From NCBI RefSeq assembly GCF_009914755.1, contig NC_060925.1: a DNA stretch of 64,000 nt, one strand, 5' to 3'. The translations under genes and the position numbers were made by a program. Shown here piece after piece: positions 31,901 to 46,400 of the stretch. This DNA is from the human T2T-CHM13v2.0 reference genome, Homo sapiens. The notes below the pieces were generated by a model, which saw nothing but the letters and a program-made list of their open reading frames with translations, had not been told where the DNA came from and did not search any database. Position 1 is the stretch's first letter. Each line of letters opens with the position of its first letter.

Positions 31901-34900
31901 TCATTTCAATATCATTTCATCATTTCTTTTCATTTCATCTCATTTCATTATTTCATTATTTCATTTCATTTCATCTCATCATTTCATCTCATCATTTTTC
32001 ATCTCATCATTTTTCATCTCATCATCTCATCTCATCATTTCATCTCATTTCTTCTCATCATTTCATCTCATCATTTTATCTCATTTCATCTCATCTCATT
32101 TCAATTTCATTATTTCATTTCATTTCACTTCATTTCATTTCATCTCATTTTATCTCATCTCATTTCATCTCATCATTTCTTCTCGTCTCATCTCATCATT
32201 TCACCATTTCATCTCGTTTCATCTCATTTCATCTCATCTCACCTCATATCATCATTTCATCTCATCCTTTCATTTCATCTCATCGTTTCATCTCCTCATT
32301 TCATCTCATCTCACCTCAGCATTTCATCATTTCACCTCATCATTTCTTATTTCATCTCATTTTATCTCATTTCATCTCATATATCAATTCAATTTCCTTT
32401 CATTATTTCATCTCATTCATCTCATTTCATTACATCTCATCATTTCCTCTCATCATTACATCTCATCTCATCATTTCATCATTTCATCTCATCATTGCAT
32501 CTCATCATTTCATCTCATTTCGTCTCATCATTCATCTCGTCATTTCATCTCATCTCATCATTTCCATTTCATTATTTCATTTCATCATTTAATTTCATCA
32601 TCTCATTTAATTTCACCTCATTTCATTATTTCATTTTTTCATTTCATTATGTCATTTCATTTCATCTCATTTCATCTCATTTCATTTCATCTCATCTTTT
32701 CATCTCATCATTTCATCTTATCATCTCATCAACTCTTTTCATCTTATCATTTCATCATTTCATCTTATCACTTCATTTCATCTTGTATCTTCTCATCTCA
32801 TTTCAATTTCATTTCATTATTTCATTTCATTATTTCATGTCATCTCATCTCATCATTTCATCTCATCACATCTCATCATTTTATCATTTTATTTCATCAT
32901 CTCATCATTTCATCTCATCTCATTTCAATTTTATTTATTTATTTCAATTTCATTTCATCTCATCAGTTCATCTCATTTCATCTCATCATCTCATCTCATC
33001 TCATCATTTCATCTCATCATTCATCTCATTTCATATCATTTTATCTCATCTCATCTCATTTCATCATTACATTTCATCTCATTTTGTCATCATTTCATGT
33101 CATCATTTCATCACATCTCATCTCATCATTTCATCTCATCATTTCATCATTTCATCTCATTTCAACTCATTGCATCTCATCTCATTTCCATTTCATTATT
33201 CCATTTCATCATTTCATTTCATTATGTCATTTCACCTCATCATATTTCATCTCATTTCATCTCATCTCATCATTTCATTTCATCTCATCATTTCATCTCA
33301 TTTTATCTCATCTCATCTCATCATTTCCATTTCATTTTCATTTCATTATTTCATCATTTCATTATTTCATCTCATTTCATTATTTCATTTCATTATGTCA
33401 TTTCATTTCATCTCATTACATTTCATCTCATTTCATCTCATCATTTCATCCATCATTTCATTTCATTTCATCATTTCATCTCATGATTTCATCTCATCTC
33501 ATCTCATTTCATCTCATTATTTCATCTCATTTCATCTCATCTCATTTCATCATTTCATTTCATCATTACATCTCATCATTTTATCTCATTTCATCTCATC
33601 CCATCTCATCTCATCATTTCATATCATCTCATCATTTCATCTCATCATTTCATCAAATCTCATCTCATTTCCATTTCATTTTCATTATTTCATTTCATCA
33701 TTTCATTTCACTATTTCATTTCATTTCATCTAATTTCATTTAATTCATTGTCATTTCATATACTCATTTCATTTCATCTCATATTTTTGATATCATTTTT
33801 CATCTCATTTCATCTCAATTCATCTCATCATTTCATCTCCTCATCTCATCATTTCCTCCTTTCATTACAACATTTCATCTCATTTCTTCTCATCTCATTT
33901 CAATTTCATTATTTCATCTCATTTCATTATTTCACCTAATTTCATTATTTCATCTCATCTCATCTCAGTTCATCTGATCTCATTTCATCTCAGCATTTCA
34001 TCTCATCATTTTTCATCTCATCATTTTTCATCTCATCATTTAATCTCATTTCATTTCATTTGATCTCATCATTTCAGCTCATTTCAAGTCACATCTATTC
34101 ATTTCATCATTTCATTTCAACATTTCATCATTTCATCGCATCATTTCATCTCATCTTTCACTTTCATTTCAATATCATTTCATCATTTCTTTTCATTTCA
34201 TCTCATTTCATTATTTCATTATTTCATTTCATTTCATCTCATCATTTCATCTCATCATTTTTCATCTCATCATTTTTCATCTCATCATTTTTCATCTCAT
34301 CATCTCATCTCATCATTTCATCTCATTTCTTCTCATCATTTCATCTCATCATTTTATCTCATTTCATCTCATCTCATTTCAATTTCATTATTTCATTTCA
34401 TTTCACTTCATTTCATTTCATCTCATTTTATCTCATCTCATTTCATCTCATTTCTTCTCGTCTCATCTCATCATTTCATCATTTCATCTCGTTTCATCTC
34501 ATTTCATCTCATCTCACCTCATATCATCATTTCATCTCATCCTTTCATTTCATCTCATCGTTTCATCTCCTCATTTCATCTCATCTCACCTCAGCATTTC
34601 ATCATTTCACCTCATCATTTCTTATTTCATCTCATTTTATCTCATTTCATCTCATATATCAATTCAATTTCCTTTCATTATTTCATCTCATTCATTTCAT
34701 CTCATTTCATTACATCTCATCATTTCCTCTCATCATTACATCTCATCTCATCTCATCATTTCATCATTGCATCTCATCATTGCATCTCATCATTTCATCT
34801 CATTTCGTCTCATCATTCATCTCGTCATTTCATCTCATCTCATCATTTCCATTTCATTATTTCATCATTTAATTTCATCATCTCATTTAATTTCACCTCA

Positions 34901-36412
34901 TTTCATTATTTCATTTTTTCATTTCATTATGTCATTTCATTTCATCTCATTTCATCTCATCATTTCATTTCATCTCATCTTTTCATCTCATCATTTCATC
35001 TTATCATCTCATCAACTCTTTTCATCTTATCATTTCATCATTTCATCTTATCACTTCATTTCATCTCGTATCTTCTCATCTCATTTCAATTTCATTTCAT
35101 TATTTCATTTCATTATTTCATGTCATCTCATCATTTCATCTCATCACATCTCATCATTTTATCATTTTATTTCATCATCTCATTTCATCTCATCTCATTT
35201 CAATTTTATTTATTTATTTCAATTTCATTTCATCTCATCAGTTCATCTCATCATTTCATCTCATCATCTCATCTCATCTCATCATTTCATCTCATCATTC
35301 ATCTCATTTCATATCATTTTATCTCATCTCATTTCATCTCATTTCATCATTACATTTCATCTCATTTTATGTCATCATTTCATGTCATCATTTCATCACA
35401 TCTCATCTCATCATTTCATCACATCTCATCTCATCATTTCATCTCATCATTTCATCATTTCATCTCATTTCAACTCATTGCATCTCATCTCTTTTCCATT
35501 TCATTATTCCATTTCATCATTTCATTTCATTATGTCATTTCACCTCATCATATTTCATCTCATTTCATCTCATCTCATCATTTCATTTCATCTCATCATT
35601 TCATCTCATTTTATCTCATCTCATCTCATCATTTCTTCTCATCTCATCATTTCCATTTCATTTTCATTTCATTATTTCATCATTTCATTATTTCATCTCA
35701 TTTCATTATTTCATTTCATTATGTCATTTCATTTCATCTCATTACATTTCATCTCATTTCATCTCATCATTTCATCCATCATTTCATTTCATTTCATCAT
35801 TTCATCTCATGATTTCATCTCATATCATCTCATTTCATCTCATTATTTCATCTCATTTCATCTCATCTCATTTCATCATTTCATTTCATCATTACATCTC
35901 ATCATTTCAACTCATCTCATTTCAATTTCATTTCAATTTCATTACATTTCATAATTTCCTTTCATTATTTCATTTCATTTCATCTCATTTCATTATTTCA
36001 TTTCATTATTTCATTTCATCTCATTTTTCATCTCATCATTTTTCATCTCATTTCATCTCATCATGTCATCTCATCGTTCATCTCATTTCATCTCATTTTA
36101 TCTCATTATTTCATCTCATCTCATTTCAATTTCATTATTTCATATCATTTCATTATTTCATTTCATTTCATCTCATCATTTCATCTCGTTTCATCTCATC
36201 ATTTCATCATCTCATCATTTCATCTCATTTCATCTCATCTCATCTCCTTTCAATTTCTTTTCAACTTTGTCATTTCATCTCATCATTTAATCTCATCATT
36301 TCCACTCTCCATTTCATCTCAAAATTTCTTCTCATCATCTCATCTCATCTCATCATTTTGTCATTTCATCTCATCATTTCATCTCATCTCAAGTCATCTT
36401 ATCATTTCATCT
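28993..36412. repeat. (CATTT/CATCT)n pentamer satellite (HSat-like, non-canonical) with ~2.27-kb higher-order repeat, ~3 copies plus a diverged tail
   Basis: Rare markers recur at a fixed period: TTTTTGATATC at ~29247/31511/33789, CAGTTCATCTGATC at ~29421/31688/33966, TTGATCTC at 29515/31797/34060. Confidence 0.95.
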
Positions 36413-36569
36413 AAGTGAAATGACATAATGGAATCATGAAATGAAATGGATAGGATGCCCTCAGTGATGTTAAATTTAAAAATTGTTTCTTTTCATGCAT
36501 GCATTTTTATATTTATATGTATTTATATTTATATTTACTAATATTTCTTTTTACTTATTTTTATTTATA

Positions 36570-37032
<463 letters not shown>

Positions 37033-37423
37033 TAGGTAATATGAATATTCTGTACAGGAAATACGCCCTTAATTACATAGGAATAAACGTTTGTTACACT
37101 GAGAAAAATCTAATAGAGCTAAAAATAAATATTAATTTGGAAAGGTCATTAGATACTGATACATTCTTACGTTTATACATTCTTTCATATATTCATATAT
37201 TCTTTTAACAGTATCAATGGTTTGGAGTTATGTGTACAAAACCATGACCTATATGTAATACAACTAATAACAGGCATTTACAATTCAAGGCATATTATAT
37301 ACAAAGCTTTAACTTCTTATCAAAATATTTTGTTTTTTTTCTTTCTGTTTTGGCAGATACTATGAACACTACATTCAACTCACAGACACCATGGAGCCCT
37401 TACTAAGCATAAAGTACTGTGAA

Positions 37424-40400
37424 AGGCCAGGGCTAGGACAGAACTGAGACAGGGCCAGGGATAGGACAGAACAGGGGCAGGGTCATGGCCAGAGAAAAAC
37501 CAGGGGCAGGGTCACGGCCAGGGACATGAGAGGACCAAGGCCAGGGCCAGAAGCAGGGCAGAACCAGGGCCAGGGCAGGGACATGGCAGGGCCAGGGCCA
37601 TGGCAGGATCAGGGTCAGCAGAAGGCCAGGGCAGGGCTAGGGTAGCGCAGGGCCAAGGCAGGGCAGGGTCAGTGTAGAGCAAGGAACGGGCCAGGGTATG
37701 GCAGGGCAGGGACAGGGAGGTCCAGGGCCAGAGTCAGGTCCAGGACATGGACAGGACAGGGCCAGAAATATGGCAGGACCAGAAAGGGGACAGGGCAAGG
37801 GCAAGGCCAGAGAAGGACCATGGAAAAAACACGGCCAGGGAGGGTCCAGGGCAAGGGCAAGGCCAGGGCAGAACCAGAGCCAGAGCAGGCCAAAGGCAGG
37901 GCCAGGGCAGGGCAAGGCCAGGGTAGGGCGGGGCCAGTGTAGGGTGAGGGTAGGGCCAGGGTGAGTTCAGGGCCAGGGCAGGACTAAGATAGCACAGGGC
38001 CAAGGCAGGGCCAGGGCAGGGCCAAAAGGAGGGGCCAGGGCCAAGCATGGCCAGTGTCAGACCTGGGGATTGTCAGGGCCAGGGTCAGGGTCAAGGCTGG
38101 GCCAGGGACAGGGCCAGAGCAAGGGCAGGGCCAGGGAGAAAGCAGAACCAGAGAGGATCCAGAGCAAGGCCAGGGTCAGGGCAGAACCAGGACCAGGATA
38201 AGGCAAAGCCAAGGCCAGGGCAGGGCAAGGCCAGGGCAAGGCAAGACCAGGGAAGGGCAAGGCCAGAGTAGAAAAGGCCAGTGTAGGGCCAGGCCAGGGT
38301 AGGAGAAGGCCATGGTAGGGCCAAGGCCAAGGCAGGGCAGGGCTAGGGTAGCACAGGGCATGGCCAAAAACAGGGCAGGGCCATAACAGTGGCAGGACTA
38401 GCAACAGGGCCAGGGCAAGCGCTGGACCAGAGCATGGTGGGGACAATACAGGGCCAGGACAGACGATGGCAAGGCAGGTCCAGGGCCATTTCATGGACTC
38501 GGTAGGCCTGGGGTCAGGCCAGGGCAGGGCAAAGGCAAGACCAGGGAGAAGGCAGGGCCGGGGCCAAGGCAGTGCCAGGGCAGGGCAGGACCAGTGCAGG
38601 GCCAATGCAGGGTGAGGGCAAGGCCAGGGCATGGAAGGGCAGGGCAGGACCAAGGAAGGGCCAGGAGAGGGCCACGGCAGGGTCACGGCCAGAACAAGGG
38701 TATGGCTGGGGTCAGGAATGTGGTAGGACGAGGGCTGGGCCCAGGCTGGGACACGCAGGGCAGAGCATGATCTGTGCAAGGCACGGCCAGAGCCAGGCCA
38801 TAGAGATGGGAGGGCAACACCAAGGCAGAGTCAGGGTAGATCCAGGGCTGAGCAGAGTCAGGGCAGGTCCAGAGTCGAGGCAGAGCTAGGGCCCAAGCAG
38901 GGCCATGGTAGCACCAGGGCAGAGGAGGGCAGGGCAATGCAGGACTGGGCCATGGCAGTGCCTGGTCAACTCCCGGGCAGGGCCAGAAGCAGGACAGGGC
39001 CAGGGCCAATGCTCAGGCCAGGGACAGGGCATGACAGGAAGTGCCAGAGCAGGGCTGGACCAACGTTGGGGCAGGGCAAATCAGACCAGGACACCTCCAA
39101 GTCCATCTCTGGCCCTGCCTTGGCCCTGGCCCCTTCCTGGCCTGACCTTGTCCCTGGCCCTGCCCTATCCATGCCCTGTGTGTTTGACCAGTGTTTTATA
39201 ACCAGAATCCTACAAGAAACTTAAATTAGTTCTTTTTGTGCATTTTTAGTAGAGATGGGGTTTCACAATGTTGCCCAGGCTGGTTCCAAACTCCTGAGCT
39301 CAAGCCATCTGCCTGCCTTGGCCTCCCAAAGTGCTGGGATTACAGGAGTAATCTGGCCAAGTATTTAACTTCTTTATACCTGTTTCCTACATTTGGAAAA
39401 TGGGGATGCTTTAAGTACCTAGCACATAGAATTATTGTGAGAATCAATGCCTCACATATTAACATATTGATAAAATTATACTCATAGAACACTACTGGAA
39501 GCAAAGATAGTATTAGTTAAAATTTAGTGATTACTGCAAATATTATTACTATTACAAACAATATAGTATAGACATTACTACTACTATAGTTATCTTAAAA
39601 ATCTAAAATAAAAATTTTATGTAATAGCCCAATGTAATCTCTCCTGCTCTGTCCTGGCTCAGCCCTAGTGCCGGCTCTGCCCCTAGTCCTACTACATCCC
39701 TGGCCCTGACCCTTCCCTGGTCCAGCCGCTGCCCTGGCCCTTCCCATCTTCAGGCCTTACCATGGCCCTACCCTGGTCCTGACCCTGCCCTGGTCTGGTC
39801 CTGACCCTGGCCCTACCCCAGAGAAGGGGTATGGCAGAGCCAGGGAAGGGCCAGGGCAAATAAGGGACAGGACACATCCAAATCCAGGAAAGGGCCAGGG
39901 CCATGACAGAGCCAGGGCGAGTCCTTGGCAGGGCCAGGTTCCAGGCCAGGGCCAGGAAAGGGTCATGGCAGGGTCACTGTATGGCCAAGGTCCAGGCCAA
40001 AGCCAAGGCAGTGGCAGGGTCAGGTCTGCATAAGGGCAGGACCAGAGCCAGTGATACGGCAGGGCCAGGGCCAGGGCCAGGGCTGTGCCAGGACAGAACA
40101 AGAGCAGAGCAGGGCAGGACCAGAGCCAGGCCATAGAGAGAGTAGGGCAAATGCCAAGGCAAGGCCAGGGTAGTGGTAGTGCCAGGGCTGAGGCAAGATC
40201 AGGGAAGGTCCAGGGCTCAGTCAAGGCTAGAACCAAGACAGGGGCAAAGGCCGGGGCAGATCTAGGGCACAAGCAGGGCAGGCTAGGGCAGGGAAATGGC
40301 AAGACCAGGCCATGGCAGGGCCAGCCCAGGATAGAACAGGGCACAGGCAGGGCAGGGCCAGGGCCACGGCTGGGGCAGGACAAGGACCAGGACTGGGGTC

Positions 40401-43400
40401 CAGGCCAGGGCAAGGGTATGGCCAGGGCAGAGGTAGGGCCAGAGCCAGGGTCTGGGCAGGACCAAGGCAGGTCTATTGCAGGGCCAGGGTTCAGACCAGG
40501 GCCAGAGCAGGGCTGGGACAGGGCCAGGGCCAGAACCAGGAAAGGGCAATGTCAGGACAAGGGCCGTGGCAGGACCAGCAATGGGGCTGGGGCCAGAACA
40601 GGGACAGGGACAGGGTCAGGGCTAGGGCCAGAATAGCATGCCAGGGTAGAGCCAGGCCAAATTAGGGCCAGGACAGGGTCAGGACCAGGGCTGGGCCAGG
40701 GTATGGCCTTAAGTAGCGAAGGGTCAGGGCCAGGGTCCATGCCAGTGCCAGTGCTGGTCCAGGGAAGATGCAGGGCCATGGCCAGATCTAGGACAAGGCT
40801 GGGGCAGGGCCAAGGTCTGGGTCAGGGTCAGCAGAAGGCCAGGACAGAGCCAGGGGAGGGACAGGGCCATGGTAAGACCAGGTTACATCAGGGACAAGAC
40901 ACCTGCAAATCCACTTCAGGGCCAGGGTCAGGGCAGGGCCAGTTCAGGGCCAGGGTCAGGGCTGCCAGGGTCATTGGCAGGGCCAGGGCCATGGCAGGAC
41001 CGGGGTCAGGAGCAGGGGTCAATGCCAGGCCTAGGCCACACATAGGACCAGGTCTGTGCTAGGGCCAGTGTGAGGGCCAAGGCAGGGTCAGGGCAGGGCC
41101 AAAGGGAGGGCAGGGCCAGGGCAGGGTGGAGCAGGCCCAGGGTAGCACAGGGTTAAGGTAGGGCACGACCAACCAGGGCAGGTCTATGGTTGGGGCCGGG
41201 GCAGGGCCAGAGCCAGGGCACAGCCAAGACAGTGGCAGCTCCTGGGCAGGGCCAGGGTTAGGACCATGGACATGTCCAAGGCCAGTGCCAGGGCAACAGC
41301 AAGGGCAGGAGCAGGGCCAGGTTCATCTAAGAACCAGGGACAAAGCCAGGCCCAGAGCTGGGCCAGGACAGGTACCTGGCAGGGCTAGGGTCTGAGACAG
41401 GGCCACAGCAGGACCAGGGCCACAACCAGGTCTGTGCTATGGCCAGGTCCAACACAATGCCCAGGTAAGGCTAGGGTGAAGGCCAAGGTAGGGCCAGGGC
41501 AGGGTCAAAGCCAGGCTAGGGCCAAGGCAGGGCCAGGGCCGGCAAGGCAGGGCCAGGAAAGCATAGGGCCAGGGCAGGGCAGGGCCAGGGCAGGGCGGGG
41601 CCAGGACAGTGCCAAGACCTGGGCAGGGCCAGGGCCAGGGCCATGGCCACGGCCTGGGGAAGACCAGGTTCAGGGCAGGAGCAAAACAATGGCAAGGACA
41701 GTGCAGGTTCTTGGCACAGCCAGGGTCCAGGACAGTGTCAGGGCAGGGCCAAGGCAGGGTCTGGGCCATGGTAAGACCAGCAACAGGGCTGGGGCTAGGC
41801 CAGTGACAGGACCAGAGTCAGGGCAAGGGCCAGAGCAGTGCAAGGCCAGGGTAGGGCCAGGCATTTCAGGGTCAGGGCCAGGGGAGAACCAGGGCAAGGT
41901 CTCAAGCAGGGAAGGGCCAGGGCCAGGACAGGTCCAGGGCAGGGCCATGACAGGGCCAGGGGCTGCGTTAGGGCAAGGGCAGGGCCACAGCAAGGTAAGG
42001 GTCAGGGCCAAGGCCAGGGTAGGGACAGGGCAAGAAATATGGCATGACCAGGGGCAATGCCAAGGCCAAGGTTGGGCCAGGGCTGACCCGGGACTGAGTC
42101 AGGGCAGGGCAGGGCATGGTATGGCCAGTGCAGGACAGGACAAGAGCCGGTCCACAGAGAGAGCAGAGCTGATGCCAAGAAAGAGCCAGGCTAGTGCCGA
42201 GGCTGAGGCAGTGTCAGAGCATGTCCAGGGCAGGGCCAGGGCCAGGGCCAGAACCGAGCCAGGGCACAGCCAAGGCAGGGTAGGGAAGGGAAATAGCACG
42301 GCCGGGTCAGTACTGGGACAGGACAGAGCAGGGCAAGGAGATGGTAGCGGCAGGGCAGGGACAGGCCAATGCAGAGCCATGTTATGCCGGGGCCAGGACA
42401 CCTCCAAGTCCACTTCAGGGCCAGGGCTATGGCAGGACAAAGACCACGGCCAGGATCAGGGCCAGGTCTGTGCTAGGGTCAGCTCCAGAGCAGGGTCTAG
42501 CGCAGGCTAGGGTGAGGGCCAAGGTAAGGCCAGGGCAGGGTCAAAGGCAGAGTAGGGCCAGGGCAGGGTGATGACACATCCAGAGCGCAGCAGGGCAGGG
42601 TGATGGCAAGACCAGGGGCAGACCATTGCCAGCTCAGGGCCAGGGAAAGTCCAGTGCAGAGCCAGGAAAGGGTCTGGGTCTGGGTCAGGGCCAGGAACAA
42701 GGCAGAGCAGGGCCAGGGCCATGGCAGAGTCAGGGCAGGTTCTTGACAGGACCAGGTTCCAGGCCAGGGCCAGGGCAGCAGCAGGGGCAGGGCCTGGATA
42801 AGGGCAGGGCCAGGGATATGGCAGGACCAGGGCTAGGGCCAGGGCCAGGCCATAGTGAGGGCAGGGCAAAAGCCAAGGGCAGGGTCAGGGCAGGTCCAGG
42901 GCAGGTCCAGGGAGTGGCCAGCACCAAGCGGGGCCAAGTCACAACCAGCGCAGGGTAAGGCAGGGCAATGGCACCACTGGGCCATGACAGGGCAAGGTCA
43001 GTGCCAGGAGAGGGCAGAACAGGCAGGCCCATGGTGGAGCCAGGGCAGGGATGGGCCAAAGCAGGGCCAGGACATGTCCAAGGCCAGGTCAGGGCCAGAA
43101 CAGGAGCAGGACCATGACCATTGGCAGGGCCAGTGCCATGACACGACCAGGGTCAGGACAAGAGGCAGGGCCAGAGCCAGGGCCAGAGCCAAGGTCAGGC
43201 CAGTGCAGGTTCAGGGCAGGGCCAGTGCCAGGGCAAGACCAGGGCAGGGACAGGGTAGCACAGGGCCAAGACAGGGTCAGGATGGGACCAGAGCAGGACA
43301 GGGCCGAGAGTCCAAGTAACAGTAGGGCAGGTACAGGGCAAGGCAGGGCAGTACAGGGCCAGATCCACGGCAGGCGCAGGGCAAAGCCAGGCCCATTGCC

Positions 43401-43410
43401 AAGGCACCAG
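37424..43410 (+). repeat. CAGGG (CAGGG/CCAGGG) degenerate repeat field, immunoglobulin-switch-like pericentromeric repeat
   Basis: Hundreds of GGGCA/GGGCCA units; G-rich on + except 39106-39180 and 39641-39820; unique spacer at 39181-39640. Confidence 0.93.
39232..39470. mobile_element. Alu left-arm fragment (minus strand, ~39232-39348) followed by a MIR fragment
   Basis: TTTTTAGTAGAGATGGGGTTTCAC...GGATTACAGG; TTTAACTTCTTTATACCTGTTTCCTACATTTGGAAAATGGGGAT. Confidence 0.7.
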
Positions 43411-43429
43411 CCCTCCCTACAAGGCTCCT

Positions 43430-46400
43430 ACCACCTGGCCACTGCTGCAGCCCGTCCATCGCTCTAAGCCTGACCCCCAACCCTGGCTGCAGCCGCCTGC
43501 CCTCCTAGCGCAGCCGCTCTCCTACCGCTCTGGCGCACCGCAGTCTCTGTCACTGCCGCCCACCCGCAGCGAGGCGAGCCATGGTGTCGCAGGCTCTAGG
43601 TGTCTCCTCCTCCTCCTGGCACAGAGCAGCTGGGCGGGCAAAACCAGAAAAGCCTAGGGAAAGATGTGAGGGGTGGAAGGGTTAGAGCCTCAACTTGTCA
43701 TGCCGGCCACTGGGTGGCAGGGGCCAGTTTCAGCAAAGGCACTCACACCCACCCTACAAAGTCCAGCCTCTCCTTTTGGCCCAAGCTGGGCAGGAACTGG
43801 GGTCTGGGGTGGGTGCTGGAGACACCACAGCATCCAGCTCCCCACTCCACAGGAACCATTGGGCCCACTGGGGCTGCACTCCTCGGGGAGCAGGAGAAGC
43901 AGAAAAATTCAGACCCAGCCAGCCCTCCACACCCAGGTGCCAATTCCTGTTCCGGACGCCTCCACGCACAGGGCCCTGTCCCCCGTGGTGTCCCCAGGGG
44001 TGCCTGGCAGCCTCTGAGGCACAGACCCACAGTACACAGGCCCAGGAACCACGGTGGGTGTGGGGGCTCTGCCATGCTCAGGATTCCCACGCAAACGCTG
44101 TGTGCCCTGCTGCACTCCAGTATGACCAAGAGTGGGTCGCCCTCTGGAGTGTGGAGTCAGGGAGAGGAGAACCACTCCTTCCTTGGATGCCAACTCTGTT
44201 GACCGACACCAGCAGTGCAGCCCCTGATAGCACCGAACTCGCCCCCGCTCCATGGCTAGCCCTGCCCTCAATAGCGCCCCCCACCTCCGTCCCCCAATGC
44301 CGCCAGTAGCGTATAACTGATAGTGCCCTAACCTGTCCTCCTCCATGGGCATTGCAGCCCCAGAGAGCACCCATAACCCACCCTCCCTGCCGTGGGCAGT
44401 GCAGCCCTGTACAGTGCTACCAACCAGTACCCCTAATGCAGGCAATGACACCCTGGATAGCGCCCTCAACCCACCCCACACTGCGAAAGGTGCAGCCCTG
44501 GATAGCCCCTGTCCTACCACTCTGGTCGTCCTGCAGTCTCTGTCACCACCACCACCAACCACAGTGAGGCAAGCCAGTGGGCCACAGGCTCTAGGACCCA
44601 GCAGCCAGGCATGGAGCAGCTCTCGCTGATGGCCGGCTCCTACCACTCTGACCACGCTGCTGTCTGTCTCCGTGGCCATCTTCTTTCACTACAAAGGAAT
44701 AAAACTAGGTATCAATAAGAAAAGCAATTTTGGAAACAATACAATCACATGGAAGTTAAACACTACCCTCCTGAATAAATGACTAGTGGGTCAATGAAGA
44801 TACTAAGACAGAAATTCAAAAATTTCATGAAACAAAGGGTAATGAAAACACAGTATACCAAAACTTGTTATGCAGAAAGCAGTACAAAGGCAGAGATTTA
44901 CAGCTATAAGTGCCTACCATCCAAACAAAAGAAAACCTTCAAATAAACAATACATCTTAAAGAACTAGTAAAGAACAAACTAAACTGAAAATAAGAAAAT
45001 AAATAAGATCATAGCACAAACAAAATTGAAATAAAAAACAGACAAGATTAAACGAAAAGTTGGTTTTCTGGAAAGCTAAACAAAATTGACAAACTTTTAA
45101 CCAGGCTAAGAAAAGAGACAAGATTCAAATAAATAAAATCAACAGATTAAAAAAAGGAGACATTACAACTAATACTTCAGAAATTCAAAGGATCATAACT
45201 GGCTACTATATGCCAATAAATTGGAAAGCCTAGTAGAAATTGGCAAATTCCTAGATGCATACAACCTACTTAGGTTAAACAATGAAAACATCCAAGACCA
45301 GAACAGATTGGTAACAAGTAATGAGATTGAAGCCATCAGAAAAAGTCTCCCAGTAAAGAAAAGCCCAGGAACTGATGTCTTCACTGCTGATGGCTTCACA
45401 CCAAACAATTTAAAGACCTAGTACGAATCCTGCTCAAACTATTTTGAAAAACAGGAGGGAATACTTCCAAACTTATTCTATGAGACCATTATTACTGTGA
45501 TGCCAAAATCAGACAAAAGCATCAAAGAAGGAAACTACAGGCCAGGATCTCTAATATTGATGCAAAAATCCTCAACAAAATACCAGTGAATCAAATTCAG
45601 TAATACATTAAAAAGATAATTCATCATGATCAAGTGGGATGTATCCCTGGGACCCAAGGGTCACTCAACATACAATGTGATACATCATATCAACCAAATA
45701 AACGACAAAAACAGTATCATCACGTCAACTGAAACTGAAAAAGCATTTGATGAAATTCAACATCCCTTCATGCTATAAATCCTCAAAGAAACGGGCACAG
45801 AAGAAACATACCGCAACTTAATAAAAACTACAGGAAAGACACCCACAGCTAGAATCATATGGAATGGGGAAAAATGGAAAGCTTTTCCTCTAAGATCTGG
45901 AACATAAGGATGCCCCCTGTCACCACTGTTGTTTAACATAGTACCAGAAATCCTAGCTAAAGCCATCAGTGCAGCCCCTGATATGGCCCCCAACCCACCC
46001 TGCCCCCTACCACCAGCAGTGTCACCCCCCCAATAGCACACCCAACATACCCAAACTGCCCCGCCTCCCCACACCATGGGCATTACAGCACCCCATAGCG
46101 CCCTCAACCCGAAACCGCCACCCCCCCGACAGCCGCACAGTGCAGCCCCGGATAGCACACTTAGCCCACCTCACTGTTGCCAGCAATACAGTCTGGGATA
46201 GTGCCCCCAACCGGCTCCCCACCAAAGGCAGTGCAGCCCCGGTTTGGCCCCCAAACCACCCCCCCCCCGCCCGGTGCAGGCAGCACAGCCCCAGATAGCA
46301 CACCCAACCGGCCACCCAAGACGGGCAGTGACGCCTGAGATAGGGCTCCCAACCCGTCCCAGGCCACCCACAGTGCAGCCTGGATAGTGCACTTACCCCG

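Noticed and set aside
28993-36412. Calling the array canonical HSat2 or HSat3
   Set aside because: CATTC and CATTCG motifs are scarce; the dominant units are CATTT and CATCT
29515-36414. ORFs of up to 648 aa rich in Ile/Ser/Phe/His
   Set aside because: Translation of a G-poor pentamer satellite that rarely forms stop codons; several frames are open at once, many with non-ATG starts
37637-43480. Many Gly/Gln/Arg/Pro-rich ORFs (up to 358 aa), superficially collagen- or mucin-like
   Set aside because: Artefacts of CAGGG repeats; overlapping in multiple frames and strands
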